A stretch of 64,000 bases of DNA. Origin: the human T2T-CHM13v2.0 reference genome, Homo sapiens. Below the pieces are notes generated by a model. The model did not search any database and was not told the origin of the DNA. It was given only the letters and a program-made list of their open reading frames with translations. Below, piece after piece: positions 63,195 through 64,000 of this stretch. The position numbers were made by a program, and so were the translations under genes. Within the stretch, counting starts at the first letter, position 1. Each line of letters begins with the position of its first letter. Location: assembly GCF_009914755.1 (NCBI RefSeq), contig NC_060925.1. One strand, written 5' to 3'.

Positions 63195-63830
63195 CAGAGC
63201 TCTCACCAGATGAATCTCAGATCATTATCTCCAGCCCGACATTTCTCCTGAGCTCCGGTCCACACATTTTTACCTGAGTACTTCATTTTCACATGCTCAA
63301 AAAATTGTCTTCCACCAATGGCTGCTCTTTTCTTTGACTTTTTTAAACCTAAAAATTGGTTTTGAGCTCTCTTCTTTGCTATATTTCATATCTAATTAAT
63401 TTCCATGGTCTGTTAGTTCTGCTATGTGACACATCTTTACTTTCTCTCTCTTCATTTCCATCCTTACTATCGTAATCCAAGTCCTCATTACTATTTCCCT
63501 AGATTATTACAAGAACTATCTAACTAGTCTTTCTTGCTGCAGATTTGATTCTTAACCCCATTCTCCCATTCTAATCTACAGATTCTGCCAGGTAATCTCT
63601 AAAAAGAGTCTCTTTCATTATGTCAGTCTTAAGAGCATGCTGTGGCTCTTAGTTGTTTGTGATACTTAAGTGCTTCCTGGTTGACATGTCTCTCCAATCA
63701 TAGTTTCCATCAGTTTCCTTCAGAACCTATCTTCCAGCCACACAAGTGACTGTTCCCCAATATGTCTTAGCATTTTCAACATGTAAACTTCTCCTACATT
63801 GCCCTTACAATGTCTCTGACTCAAAATCTT
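63195..63830 (+). mobile_element. LINE2 fragment
   Basis: atctccagcccgacatttctcctgagctcc; ccctagattattacaagaactatctaactagtct. Confidence 0.6.
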
Positions 63831-64000
63831 AAGCTATCATAGCTCATAGCTAGTGTTTACTGAGCACGTATAATATTCTGGGTAGTGAGCCAACTGCCTA
63901 ACGTACATCCTTTTCAGTGATCACCATGCTCCTGTGATGGTAAAGATTGCTGCATTGACTGAGTGCTTACATGGTCCAGGCACTGTTCTAAGTATTATTT

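Overview
Human (primate) genomic DNA. An AluYa5 carrying all five diagnostic bases points to human, and a minus-strand coding exon matches the N-terminus of ASB17 (ankyrin repeat and SOCS box 17, recognised from memory; in human it lies at 1p31 between MSH4 and ST6GALNAC3). The window holds part of ASB17 intron 1, its first coding exon (5874-6274, minus) and about 57 kb of repeat-rich upstream or intergenic DNA. That DNA contains many Alus, L1/L2/MIR fragments, three solo ERV LTRs with intact target-site duplications (LTR10-type, PABL_A-type, MER11-type), MaLR/ERVL LTRs and Tigger-family DNA transposons (Tigger4b, Tigger3, MER82, two MER6). Apart from the ASB17 exon and decayed L1 ORF2 pieces, the listed ORFs look like repeat-derived or chance ORFs. 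I found no convincing novel gene system. The most unusual signal is a set of four to five locally templated insertions or fold-back fillers inside old repeats (12.2, 24.6, 37.1, 60.7 and 62.9 kb). They resemble fossil polymerase-theta or template-switch repair scars. Other points of interest are a candidate 14-nt microexon, a polyadenylated orphan fragment and a young, probably polymorphic AluYa5. Repeat family names come from recalled consensus sequences and need RepeatMasker confirmation.
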